A DNA stretch of 64,000 nt, taken from contig CAWIXE010000001.1 in the NCBI GenBank assembly GCA_963840035.1, positions 832,001 through 896,000 of the forward strand, given 5' to 3'. The notes beneath the pieces are model-generated. The model ran no database searches. It was not told the origin of the DNA and worked only from the letters and a program-made list of their open reading frames with translations. The stretch's first letter is position 1. Each line of letters opens with the position of its first letter. The stretch is from a candidate division FCPU426 bacterium. GTDB lineage: Bacteria; Oederibacteriota; PGYV01; Palsa-1178. The translations under genes were made by a program, and so were the position numbers. This document shows positions 8,774 to 18,086 of the stretch, in pieces.

Positions 8774-9694
8774 GTGGAAAAGAAACGGCTTTTGAAAGCT
8801 TCAGTCACAGGGGAGACGCGGCTGGATATTTACATAAAAGAGGCCGCTTCCATCGACAGGAAAGCCGCGCGCGCTTTAATAGACTCGGGCAAGGTATGCG
8901 TAAACGGCGAGGTTCAGGCAAAGTACCACAGGCTGGTGCGGCCGGGCGATGATGTCAGCTATAATATGGAAGTAAAGGAAAAACAGGAACTGAAGCCTTA
9001 CGCGGCGGAACTTGAGATATTATATGAGGACCCTGAAATGATTGCCGTAAACAAACCGGCGGGCATGCTCGTGCACCCGACAAAATTCAGGGAGCATGAC
9101 ACGCTTGTAAACGCTGTAATGGCGAAATACGGCGTAAAGACCGCGCACCCCGCTAACAGGCTGGACAGGGAAACCTCGGGCATAGTTTTCGTGGCTTTAA
9201 ACAGCGCGCGGGCCCAGGAGCTTTCGACACTGTTTGAAAAAAGGCAGGTTAAGAAGGAATACCTGTGCCTGGTACACGGAAAGATGGCAAAAAAAGGGGA
9301 GATAAAAATAGGGGTATCAAAAGGCGGGGGCGGCATAAAGTCAAGGGAAACAGTGGAGGAAGGCGGCCATGAAGCGCACACAATATACGAGCCTGTTGAA
9401 GTATTTGACCATGCTACGCTCCTTAAAATAGTTATTAAGACCGGAAGGACACACCAGATCAGGTCGCATATGCGTTTTATAAAACATCCGGTAATCGGAG
9501 ATACGGTTTACGGGGATGGTGGCCTGGACGAAGCGCTCTTCGGGGCGGGTAAAAGCCCCGGAAGGCAGATGCTGCACTCGGCGTTTACGGAATTTACACT
9601 CGCAGGGAAAGAGGTTATTTCCGTCAAAGCGCCGCTGCCAAAGGATTTTGAAGAGGCGATTAAGCACTTGAAGGCCAGGATGAGAGGTGTTTAA
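8774..9694 (+). CDS. RluA-family pseudouridine synthase with S4 domain (RluD-like)
   Basis: 'RLD.YI' S4 start, VNKPAGMLVHP, NRLDRETSG (catalytic Asp), TGRTHQIR, HPVIGD.VYG, RQMLH. Confidence 0.93.
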   Translation: MEKKRLLKASVTGETRLDIYIKEAASIDRKAARALIDSGKVCVNGEVQAKYHRLVRPGDDVSYNMEVKEKQELKPYAAELEILYEDPEMIAVNKPAGMLVHPTKFREHDTLVNAVMAKYGVKTAHPANRLDRETSGIVFVALNSARAQELSTLFEKRQVKKEYLCLVHGKMAKKGEIKIGVSKGGGGIKSRETVEEGGHEAHTIYEPVEVFDHATLLKIVIKTGRTHQIRSHMRFIKHPVIGDTVYGDGGLDEALFGAGKSPGRQMLHSAFTEFTLAGKEVISVKAPLPKDFEEAIKHLKARMRGV

Positions 9695-9707
9695 GAATCG
9701 TTTTGTT

Positions 9708-9742
9708 CCCCTCACCCCTACCCCTCTCCCAAGGGGAGAGGG
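9708..9742. repeat. CCCTCACCC..CCCTCTCCC..GGGAGAGGG element
   Basis: Related inverted pair at 13311-13397. Confidence 0.7.
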
Positions 9743-9801
9743 AATAAAAGTGCAATGTATATTTACGCATTGTTACGAGCAACATAGCGGGTTAAAAACA
9801 A

Positions 9802-9830
9802 TTGCCTTTTCAACGGCGCGGGGGTAAAAT
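9802..9830 (+). promoter_or_regulatory. Putative sigma70 promoter (likely leaderless kinase mRNA)
   Basis: ttgcct-N17-taaaat, then 6 nt, then ATG 9837; no SD. Confidence 0.5.
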
Positions 9831-9836
9831 TATTGC

Positions 9837-11785
9837 ATGATATATAACCTTATAATAGCAGCGGCTATAATTAACATCATTCTTGGCGTTCTCGCGCTTG
9901 TAAAGGGCAGGAACCGCCTGAACCTCTCATTTTTCATACTCTCCATGCTTTTTGCCGCCTGGAACACATGCATAGTACTCTGGCAGGGGTACGGGCTGGA
10001 TGTTTTTTCCAGGATCAATTTCTTATTCATCGACTTCATACCGCCGGTATCGCTCTATTTTGTCATGAGCCTTTTTGGCAAGCCTGAGGAAGAGGAAGGC
10101 TTTACCTCGTGGCTTTATAAGTTTTATGTGCTCATGGCCGTATCGTGGGCAATATTTACATCCGCCACTTTTTTATCCCCAGCGCTTAAAGATATATATT
10201 TTTCTTACGCATGCAGGGCGATAATCGCCCTTTATGAATTTGTCACCTTAGCCGGGACGCTCTCCGTCATCATATTCAGGTACCTTAAGATAAGGTTCAA
10301 GCAGGAGAGGACCAAGGTCGGCTATGTTATCTTCGCCTTCAGCATCCTTTTCATCGGCGGTATGTCGGACATGACCGGCGCGCTTAAGCTGCACAGCGTG
10401 GAATATGCCGGCAATATTTCGAATGTGATATACGCAGTCATCATCTTTTACGCCATATTCCGACTAAGGCTCCTGGACGCCGGCGTTGTCCTGAAAAATT
10501 TTATTGTTTACACTTTCATGGCAGTGGTACTGGCAGCCCTTTACACGGGAGCGGCATTGCTTCTTGCCAATCAGCCCAAAGTCATGACCGGCGCTTTTTC
10601 AATCATCAGCCTTATTGCCGTTTATTACGTGAAGTCTATCCATACCCGTCTGGCGCTTTTTATCCAGTCAATAGGCGGAAAGTCAGGGGCGTCTGAGGCA
10701 AAGAAAGGTTTAAATTACATAAGGTCCATGCAGCTCGGCGAAGAGGAAAAAATAATCAACACCATGCAGCTGCTCACAAAGCACCTGGAAATGGACGCGG
10801 CTGTCTACATAAAACAATCAGGCTACCTGACCATGGCATGGGCCGCGGGAAACGCCGGATTTCCTTACATGGTGGAAGGCGACGGAGGGACGGGGGCACT
10901 GGTCATAAGGTATGAAACAAAAAAGCAGGAAGAAATGGAACTGCTTGACGTATTCGGCGCGTCAATGCTGGCGCAGCTTAATTACGGAAATGAAAAACTG
11001 GGCGTGCTGGCGGCGAAAAAACAGACAGAGGATATTTCTTTTACCCAGGACGAAACCGACATTATATGCGAGATAGCCGCCGCGATATCTTTTTATATGA
11101 AGGCGCTGACTCTACAGAAGAAACTGATTGAAGAAGAGAACATGAAGCGCATCGGACTTATGGCGCGGCAGATGGCTCACGAGATAAAAAATCCCCTGAC
11201 AGCGCTCTGGGGGCAGCGCAGCTGCTCGAAGGCAAGAGCGACATGGAAAAGGACAATGTCTCCATTATAAAGGAAGAGATACAGCGGCTGACGGGAATAC
11301 TTGACTCGTGGAAGGATTTTTCCGGGGAAATAAAGCTCGACAGGGCCGAGACTGACATGATAGCCGTCTTAGCCGACGTGGTCCGCATGATAAGCCTCCA
11401 GGACCAGAGGGTGAAGGTGGCCTTCAAGCAGAAGGAAGGGGAAAAATATTTTGCGCCGGCTGACAAAGACAAGATTAAGCAGGTGCTCTTAAACCTTGCC
11501 ATAAATTCGCTCCAGGCCATGTCAGGGACTATAAGCCCCGAGCTGAAAATCGACATATTAAAAAAATCAGGATTCATAACGGTAAAAATGCGCGATAACG
11601 GCAGCGGCATCTCAAAGGAAGACATGGGGAAGCTGAAGCAGCCCCTGTTTACGACAAAGGCAAAAGGGACGGGGTTGGGGCTTGCCGTCTCTGAACGCAT
11701 AATAAAGGCCCATGGAGGGTCGCTGATATTTAACAGCGACGGAAGGACTTATACCGAGGCAACTGTTTCAATTCCTGAAAAATGA
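9837..11785 (+). pseudogene. 7TM-sensor histidine kinase split by a 1-nt frameshift (real lesion or sequencing error)
   Basis: ORF 9837-11270 ends shortly after the H-box (MAHEIKNPL). ORF 11243-11785 carries the N box (QVLLNLAINS), DNGSGI, F box and GTGLGL. Adding one G to the G5 run at 11209-11213 restores LWGAAQLLEGKSDMEKD. Confidence 0.85.
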
Positions 11786-11792
11786 GACCGCG

Positions 11793-11874
11793 GGCATTTG
11801 ATCCGGCTGACAAATTTTCTTATGGATTGGCAGTAGCCAGGCCATAAGAAAATTTGTCAGCCGGGTCAAACGCC
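11793..11874. repeat. Long inverted repeat (33-bp arms) between kinase and regulator
   Basis: ggcatttgatccggctgacaaattttcttatgg / ccataagaaaatttgtcagccgggtcaaacgcc, 2 mismatches. Confidence 0.8.
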
Positions 11875-11919
11875 GGGGTTAAGGGCAAAACAGGTAAAAT
11901 TAAAATAACGGGAGGACAT

Positions 11920-13257
11920 ATGGCGAAGATATTAATTGTGGACGACGAGGTAAATATACGCAAGGTATTAAGGGGGTTGCTTAACAAGAACGGATTTGAC
12001 AGTATCACGCAGGCGGAAAACGGGAAAGACGCTTTTGATCTGATTCAGGAGGAGAATTTTGACCTTATAATTTCCGACCTTAATATGCCGGTTATGGACG
12101 GCATGCAGCTTTTTGAAAAAATAAAAAATGAAGGAATACCCTTTATCATACTGACCGCTTACGGGTCCATAGAGTCGGCGGTCGCGGCTGTTAAGAGCGG
12201 GGTTTATGATTTCATAGCAAAGCCTTTTGACGAGCAGAACCTGATTAACACCGTGAATAAAGCCCTGAAGGAATCGGTTAAGGGAAGCCTTGACCTTAAA
12301 GCAGGCAGCGCTGAAGAATTCTTTTTCAGGACTGAAAATAAGGACATACTAAAGATAAAGGAAAACCTGGACAGGGTTGTAAAGACAAAGGCCGGGATAC
12401 TTATTATCGGGGAGACAGGGACAGGAAAAGGGGTCTTAGCCTCCATAATACACGCGCAGAGCCCGGAAAAAAACGCGCCGCTTATCAAGATTAACTGCGC
12501 GGCAATACCGGAAAACCTCCTTGAGTCCGAGCTCTTTGGTTACGCTAAGGGCGCCTTTACCGGCGCTGTGACAGAGAAACCGGGAAAGTTTGAAATGGCT
12601 GACGGCGGAACTATCTTTCTGGATGAGATTGGGGAGCTGGGCATGGACCTTCAGGCAAAGCTTCTAACCGCCATACAGGAAAAAGAAACCACGAGGCTCG
12701 GCGAGAACAAACCCAGAAAAGTTGACATAAGGATAATCGCGGCCACAAACGCCGACATGCCCGCGCTTATCGCGGAAAAGAAATTCAGGGAGGACCTCTT
12801 CTACAGGCTCAACGTTGTGGAATATAAGATACCGCCCCTGCGCGAAAGGAAACAGGACATACCGGGGCTCGCGGATTATTTCGCGGCAAAGTACGCGAAA
12901 GAGTATGATAACCCCAAAAAGTCCTTTGACGCCGAGGCGTCAGAGCATTTATGCGGGTACGCTTGGCCGGGAAATGTCAGGGAACTGGAGAACGTCATAC
13001 AGAAGCTGACCATAATGGAAAAGGAAAATGTTGTCACAAAGGAAAACCTGGAGAATTATATAAAGAAGGAAGACGCCGCGTATGAGAGCGGCGGCGCGAC
13101 CCTGTTTGAAGCCGGAAAAAGCGAAAAGGCAAAACTGGAAGCGCAGCTCATAAAGGACGCCATAGCAAAGACAGGCGGAAACAAGACAAAAGCCGCGGAA
13201 CTGCTGGGGATAAGCCGGAGGACTTTGTTGTATAGGGTGAAAGAATACGGGTTGTAG
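11920..13257 (+). CDS. Sigma54-dependent (NtrC/AtoC-family) response regulator
   Basis: REC (ILIVDDE, DLNMP, KPF), GETGTGK, ESELFG..KGAFTGA, FLDEIG, FREDLFYRL, WPGNVRELEN, Fis-type HTH. ggagg SD before ATG 11920. Confidence 0.95.
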   Translation: MAKILIVDDEVNIRKVLRGLLNKNGFDSITQAENGKDAFDLIQEENFDLIISDLNMPVMDGMQLFEKIKNEGIPFIILTAYGSIESAVAAVKSGVYDFIAKPFDEQNLINTVNKALKESVKGSLDLKAGSAEEFFFRTENKDILKIKENLDRVVKTKAGILIIGETGTGKGVLASIIHAQSPEKNAPLIKINCAAIPENLLESELFGYAKGAFTGAVTEKPGKFEMADGGTIFLDEIGELGMDLQAKLLTAIQEKETTRLGENKPRKVDIRIIAATNADMPALIAEKKFREDLFYRLNVVEYKIPPLRERKQDIPGLADYFAAKYAKEYDNPKKSFDAEASEHLCGYAWPGNVRELENVIQKLTIMEKENVVTKENLENYIKKEDAAYESGGATLFEAGKSEKAKLEAQLIKDAIAKTGGNKTKAAELLGISRRTLLYRVKEYGL

Positions 13258-13310
13258 CGGGTAGTTGGGGATATTGTTCATAATTGGGTGTAATTGATTT
13301 GTTTCTTTTT

Positions 13311-13397
13311 CCCTCTCCCCTTGGGAGAGGGTAGGGTGAGGGGAATAAGACGATTGGTTTCACCTCACCCCAGCCCCTCTCCTAAGAGGAGAGGGGG
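13311..13397. repeat. Inverted pair of CCCTCTCCC..GGGAGAGGG elements
   Basis: ccctctccccttgggagagggtagggtgagggg ... cctcaccccagcccctctcctaagaggagagggg. Confidence 0.7.
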
Positions 13398-13540
13398 ATA
13401 CAAAAAGAAGCAAGCCACCCCTGTTTATAATGAATAAATATGAATTTACAAACAATAATATACAATAACTGTAGTGGGTGAAAAACTTGAAATCCATGGG
13501 CGAAAGGGTATAATGATTCTGAGAAATTAAAGGAGATTTT

Positions 13541-14578
13541 ATGATAACCGGACTTATCGCGATACTTATAATAGTGCTTGTGCTGCCTTTTGTTTTTAAA
13601 AAGGTTGAGGAAGAGCTGGAGATATTCCTTTTTATTATGGGGCTTCTGGCTGTGACTGTTTCGGGGTTGTGGAGCCTCTACCTTTTAAAAGAGGCTCTCA
13701 TAGAACCGGTAAAAATCACAATAGCCGTTTTAATCGCCGGAATCATATTTAAATACCTGCAAAAACCCATGGATAAAAACATGAATAAGATCATGGGAAT
13801 GCTGGGCAGGCGTTTTTTTGTGTTTTTGCTGGTTGTATTGCTCGGGTTGCTGTCAAGCGTGATTACAGCGATAGTCGCGGCGCTGGTGTTAGTCGAGATA
13901 ATAGGCCATCTGAAAATGGACAAAAAAAGCGAACTGATGGTCGTGGTGCTTTCGTGCTTTTCCATAGGCATGGGCGCGGCCTTAACCCCGATAGGAGAGC
14001 CGCTTTCAACAATTGCCATTGGAAAACTCGCCGGGCCGCCACACAACGCCGGGTTCTGGTTTTTATTCAGGCAATTATGGGCTTATGTCATCCCGGGAGT
14101 TTTTGCCATGGGCATTTTTGCCGCCTTCATAATAAAGGATAAGAAAGAATCAAGCCAGGGCCTTGTGGAAAAAGGGCAGGAGACTTTTAAGGAGATATTC
14201 ATCAGGACGGGCAAGATTTATTTGTTTGTTATGGCGCTCGTATTCCTGGGCACGGGCTTCAAGCCCATAGTTGACGAATATATTTCAAAGATACCGGCCG
14301 CGGGCCTTTACTGGATAAACATAATATCAGCCGTGCTGGATAACGCGACGCTCGCCGCGGCGGAGATAGGGCCGAACATGACAATAGGCCAGATAGACTC
14401 GGCGATCATCGGGCTCATACTCGCGGGAGGGATTTTAATTCCGGGAAACATTCCGAATATAATTTCAGCCTCCAAGCTTGGCATTAAAAGCAAGGAATGG
14501 GCGAAAATAGGATTGCCTGTCGGGCTGGTTTTGATGGCGGTTTATTTTGTGGCTTTAACGTTCACCGGCAAGTTTTGA
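13541..14578 (+). CDS. DUF1646-family membrane protein (putative ion transporter)
   Basis: About 10 TM; GMGAALTPIGEPLSTI, DNATLAAAEI and GG.LIPGNIPNII motifs recalled for this family. Confidence 0.75.
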   Translation: MITGLIAILIIVLVLPFVFKKVEEELEIFLFIMGLLAVTVSGLWSLYLLKEALIEPVKITIAVLIAGIIFKYLQKPMDKNMNKIMGMLGRRFFVFLLVVLLGLLSSVITAIVAALVLVEIIGHLKMDKKSELMVVVLSCFSIGMGAALTPIGEPLSTIAIGKLAGPPHNAGFWFLFRQLWAYVIPGVFAMGIFAAFIIKDKKESSQGLVEKGQETFKEIFIRTGKIYLFVMALVFLGTGFKPIVDEYISKIPAAGLYWINIISAVLDNATLAAAEIGPNMTIGQIDSAIIGLILAGGILIPGNIPNIISASKLGIKSKEWAKIGLPVGLVLMAVYFVALTFTGKF

Positions 14579-14584
14579 CGCGTT

Positions 14585-14620
14585 GTAGTCGCAGGCCTGC
14601 GTTTCACCGGCCTGCGCCTA
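14585..14620. repeat. 36-bp REP-like element, copy 2
   Basis: gtagtcgcaggcctgcgtttcaccggcctgcgccta. Confidence 0.75.
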
Positions 14621-14715
14621 TTCACGTATATGAAAGGCTCAAGTATCGACAGTTCACACTGTTTTTGCAGTGAAAATTTCACGCAAAACCCCGTGAAAAT
14701 CGTTAAAAGCAGGGC

Positions 14716-14739
14716 GGGCGATTCGTGAATCGCCCCTAC
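14716..14739. repeat. GTAGGGG-type REP palindrome
   Basis: gggcgattcgtgaatcgcccctac; degenerate relatives near 24192 and 33440. Confidence 0.7.
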
Positions 14740-14777
14740 AGGAATTGTATAAAACATAACAATTAGCAGGAGGTTTT

Positions 14778-15812
14778 ATGGACAGCGTAATTTTAGGTAA
14801 CACACTTTTAAAGTACGCGATTGCGTTTGGCATATTTGCGGGCGGTTCATTTATAGTCTGGATGTTTTCCACCGTTATCCTTATTAAACTTAAAAAAATG
14901 GCGGAAAAGACCGAGACCACGGTTGATGATTTTGTAATTTCTGTGCTGCAGAAAGTCATAACCCCGGTGTTGTACCTTGCTTCATTTTATATCGCCGTTA
15001 ACAACCTGTACATGGCTGACATCGCGCGGGTAATAATAAACAAGGGCACCATAGTCCTCATCACCTATTTCGGCATACAGGCGGCCATAATGCTCGTGGA
15101 CTACATAGTCACCGAAGTGATGACAAAAAAGGACAGCGACGAGACCAGAGTCAAATCGGTAAAAGGTCTAATGGTGCTGGTAAAAGGGCTTATATGGCTC
15201 ATCGGAATAATCCTGCTGCTGGATAACATGGGCTATAAAGTATCCACCATAGTGGCGGGCTTAGGCATAGGCGGCATAGCTGTCGCACTGGCCGCGCAGG
15301 CGGTACTCGGGGACCTTTTCAGCTACATATCCATAATTTTTGACAAGCCGTTCCAGTCAGGCGATTTCATAACGGTTGACGGGTATATGGGCACTGTTGA
15401 GAATATAGGGATAAAAACCACCAGGATAAGGTCCATAGACGGGGAGGAAATAATATTCTCAAATTCCAACCTGACCTCTTCGAGGATAAAGAATTTCAAA
15501 AGGCTGATTTCCAGGCGCGTGGTCATGACGCTCGGCGTGACATACCAGACGCCAATAGAAAAGATGAAAAAGATACCGGAGATGATAAAAAGGATAATAA
15601 CCGGGGTAAAAGGCGCGGCATTTGACAGGGCGCATTTCAATAACTTCGGCGCCTCAAGCCAGGACTTTGAAGTGGTGTACCTTGTGCAGGGCAATGACTA
15701 CATACAGTTCATGGACATAAAGCAGGAGATAAACTACAAAATAGCCGAGGAGTTCGCGAAGCTGGGCGTGGATTTCGCGTACCCCACGCAGACGGTGTTT
15801 TTAAACAAGTAA
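14778..15812 (+). CDS. mscS: MscS-family mechanosensitive channel
   Basis: AGLGIGGIAVALAAQ..LGDLF, DKPF..GDFI, GTVE.IG.KTTRIR, FAYPTQ. Confidence 0.92.
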   Translation: MDSVILGNTLLKYAIAFGIFAGGSFIVWMFSTVILIKLKKMAEKTETTVDDFVISVLQKVITPVLYLASFYIAVNNLYMADIARVIINKGTIVLITYFGIQAAIMLVDYIVTEVMTKKDSDETRVKSVKGLMVLVKGLIWLIGIILLLDNMGYKVSTIVAGLGIGGIAVALAAQAVLGDLFSYISIIFDKPFQSGDFITVDGYMGTVENIGIKTTRIRSIDGEEIIFSNSNLTSSRIKNFKRLISRRVVMTLGVTYQTPIEKMKKIPEMIKRIITGVKGAAFDRAHFNNFGASSQDFEVVYLVQGNDYIQFMDIKQEINYKIAEEFAKLGVDFAYPTQTVFLNK

Positions 15813-15872
15813 AATTACAAATTACTAATGACCAATTACTAATAAGGGCAATATCAGCCTTCTGGAGGACTT

Positions 15873-16100
15873 ATGAATATCGGGTTCGGAGAACTGCTTT
15901 TTATACTTGCGGCTGTGCTCATGTTATTCGGGGCAGAGAAAATACCGGAGTTGGCAAGGTCCATAGGCAGGGCAATTTCCGAATTTAAGGACGCGGCAGG
16001 AAAAACCGCCGGCGGCGAAGATAAGATAAAAAAGAGCCGCACCGGCAGATACAGAAAATCAAAAAACGCGAAAAATCCCTATGCCAACATTAAAAATTAA
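15873..16100 (+). CDS. tatA: Twin-arginine translocase TatA/E
   Basis: [29 protein letters not shown]. Confidence 0.92.
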   Translation: MNIGFGELLFILAAVLMLFGAEKIPELARSIGRAISEFKDAAGKTAGGEDKIKKSRTGRYRKSKNAKNPYANIKN

Positions 16101-16794
16101 ACCTTATTTAAACCACCTTAAGGAATTCCGGTCACGCCTCATATACACAGCCCTGTTCCTGGCGGCAACCCTGTTTGCGGCTTTGTTTTTTTCCGAAAAA
16201 ATCATGATCTTTATTAAGGCGCCCCTTAAGGAAATGCAGGATGTGCTGGTTTATTTCAGGCCTTATGACAAGTTCATGGCGTATATAAAAGCCTCTTTTT
16301 TCGCGGCTGTTTTCATAACCGTTCCTTTCGCTCTGCTTCAGCTGGCATTATTCATATTCCCGGCCCTTAAAAAGAATGAAAGGCCGGCATTTTACGCTTT
16401 AACAGCCGCGGCTCCGGTTGTCTTTATCGCGGGCTGCGCATTTTCATACGCGGTCATAGTGCCGGCGGCAGTCGCGTTTTTTATAGGTTTCGCGCCGGGT
16501 GACGGCATAAAACCTTTCTGGGGCGTGGCTGAATACCTTGATATGTTCCTTGCGCTGGTGCTTTTAACCGGAGCGGTATTTGAACTGCCGCTGCCAATAC
16601 TCGGGCTGGTAAAAGCAGGTATTATTAAAGCGGAAGCCCTTTCAAAATCCAGGAAATATATTATAATAGGAATACTGGTTGTGGCGGCTGTTATAACACC
16701 GACGCCGGATATGGTAACGCAGCTTTTGGTTTCGGTGCCCATGTATTTACTGTATGAGGCGACTGTGGTGATTGCAAGGATGATTAAACCGTAG
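16081..16794 (+). CDS. tatC: Twin-arginine translocase TatC
   Basis: HL.EFR.RL, FI.PAL...[15 protein letters not shown]...LYE. Confidence 0.92.
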   Translation: MPTLKIKPYLNHLKEFRSRLIYTALFLAATLFAALFFSEKIMIFIKAPLKEMQDVLVYFRPYDKFMAYIKASFFAAVFITVPFALLQLALFIFPALKKNERPAFYALTAAAPVVFIAGCAFSYAVIVPAAVAFFIGFAPGDGIKPFWGVAEYLDMFLALVLLTGAVFELPLPILGLVKAGIIKAEALSKSRKYIIIGILVVAAVITPTPDMVTQLLVSVPMYLLYEATVVIARMIKP

Positions 16795-16807
16795 AATAGT
16801 GCCGGCC

Positions 16808-16894
16808 TAGAGACGCCCACGAGGGGCGTCTCTACGGTGGTGTAAATATTAACGAATATGAAGTATTTGTAGAGACGGGGCTTGTCCCCGTCTC
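16808..16894. repeat. Two GTAGAGAC-type REP palindromes
   Basis: tagagacgcccacgaggggcgtctctac and gtagagacggggcttgtccccgtctc. Confidence 0.75.
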
Positions 16895-16935
16895 AAGGTT
16901 GGGTTTAAGGTGGAACATTATTATAGGAGGGACTT

Positions 16936-17850
16936 ATGAAACGCAGGGAATTTATTAAAAAAAGTTTGCAGGCTGGTCTTGTCGCGGGTATCGCTTACGG
17001 GTTCGGCGGGTTTGATAAAATCATGGGGGCCACTTCCGGAACGCCTGACCTTGTGGCTGTAAAGGGAGGAACACCTGAGGCCATGTTCTTAGCCGGCATA
17101 AAAGAACTCGGGGGCATGAAAGCCTTTGTCAAAAAAGGGCAAAGTGTCGTTGTAAAACCGAACATAGGCTGGGATGTGGAGCCTGAGTTCGCCGCCAATA
17201 CCAACCCCGGGCTTGTGGCCGAAATAATAAAAAGCTGCCTTGAGGCGGGAGCGTCAAAGGTGCAGGTATTTGACCATACGTGCGACAACTGGGAAGACAC
17301 ATATGTAACAAGCGGAATTGCAAAGGCAGTAAAGAGCGCGGGCGGGAAAATAGCCCCCGCAAATAAAAAAGAAATGTATAAGAAAGTAATAATACCCGGC
17401 GGCAAGACATTAAAATCAGCGCTGGTGCATGAGATAATACTGTCCTCGGACGTTTTCATCAATGTGCCGGTATTAAAAAGCCACGGCACCACAAAACTCA
17501 CCATTGCCATGAAAAACCACATGGGCATAGTATGGGACAGGGGCACGTGGCACGGGACCGGAATCCACGAGTGCATAGCGGACTTCGCCGCGTACAGGAA
17601 GCCTGACCTGAACATTGTGGACTGCTACAGGGTCATGACGCAGAACGGGCCAAGGGGAGTTAATTCCTCCGAGGATGTGGCTGAGTTAAAAAGCCTTATC
17701 CTCTCAAAAGACATAGTCGCGGCCGACGCCGCGGCAACGAAGGTATTCGGGCTTGACCCTGCGAAGATAAAATACATAACCCTGGCGCATGACAAAGGCG
17801 TGGGGAATATGAATCTGGACAAGCTGAATATAAAGAAGATATATATTTAG
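16936..17850 (+). CDS. DUF362 domain protein with Tat signal peptide
   Basis: MKRREFIKK twin-arginine signal; V.VKPNI, NTNP, INVPVLK.H, T.AMKN.MG, D.VAAD. Confidence 0.85.
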   Translation: MKRREFIKKSLQAGLVAGIAYGFGGFDKIMGATSGTPDLVAVKGGTPEAMFLAGIKELGGMKAFVKKGQSVVVKPNIGWDVEPEFAANTNPGLVAEIIKSCLEAGASKVQVFDHTCDNWEDTYVTSGIAKAVKSAGGKIAPANKKEMYKKVIIPGGKTLKSALVHEIILSSDVFINVPVLKSHGTTKLTIAMKNHMGIVWDRGTWHGTGIHECIADFAAYRKPDLNIVDCYRVMTQNGPRGVNSSEDVAELKSLILSKDIVAADAAATKVFGLDPAKIKYITLAHDKGVGNMNLDKLNIKKIYI

Positions 17851-17869
17851 AAAGAAAAGCTGTTTTATT

Positions 17870-18057
17870 GTCATTGCGAGGAGGCGTTCTTGAATTTTGC
17901 CGACGAAGTCCTTCGACTTCGTTCAGGACCATGAGCCTGTCGAATGGCAATTTCTGTACTTAGCGGTAAAACAGAGATTGTGGTTCGATGAACTCACCAT
18001 CGTGAGCCTGTCGAACGACTTCGTCGCCGTAAAACAAGGCCGGCTTCTCGCAATGAC
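17870..18057. repeat. GTCATTGCGAG palindromic element, copy 3, with two nested insertions
   Basis: Same termini as the other copies; inserts at 17909-17947 and 17981-18018. Confidence 0.8.
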
Positions 18058-18086
18058 AGCAAAAACACAACATTGAAAAGGACTAC

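Noticed and set aside
9150..9182. Inactive pseudouridine synthase (NRLD instead of HRLD)
   Set aside because: The catalytic Asp and the other motifs are intact; the first position of the motif varies.
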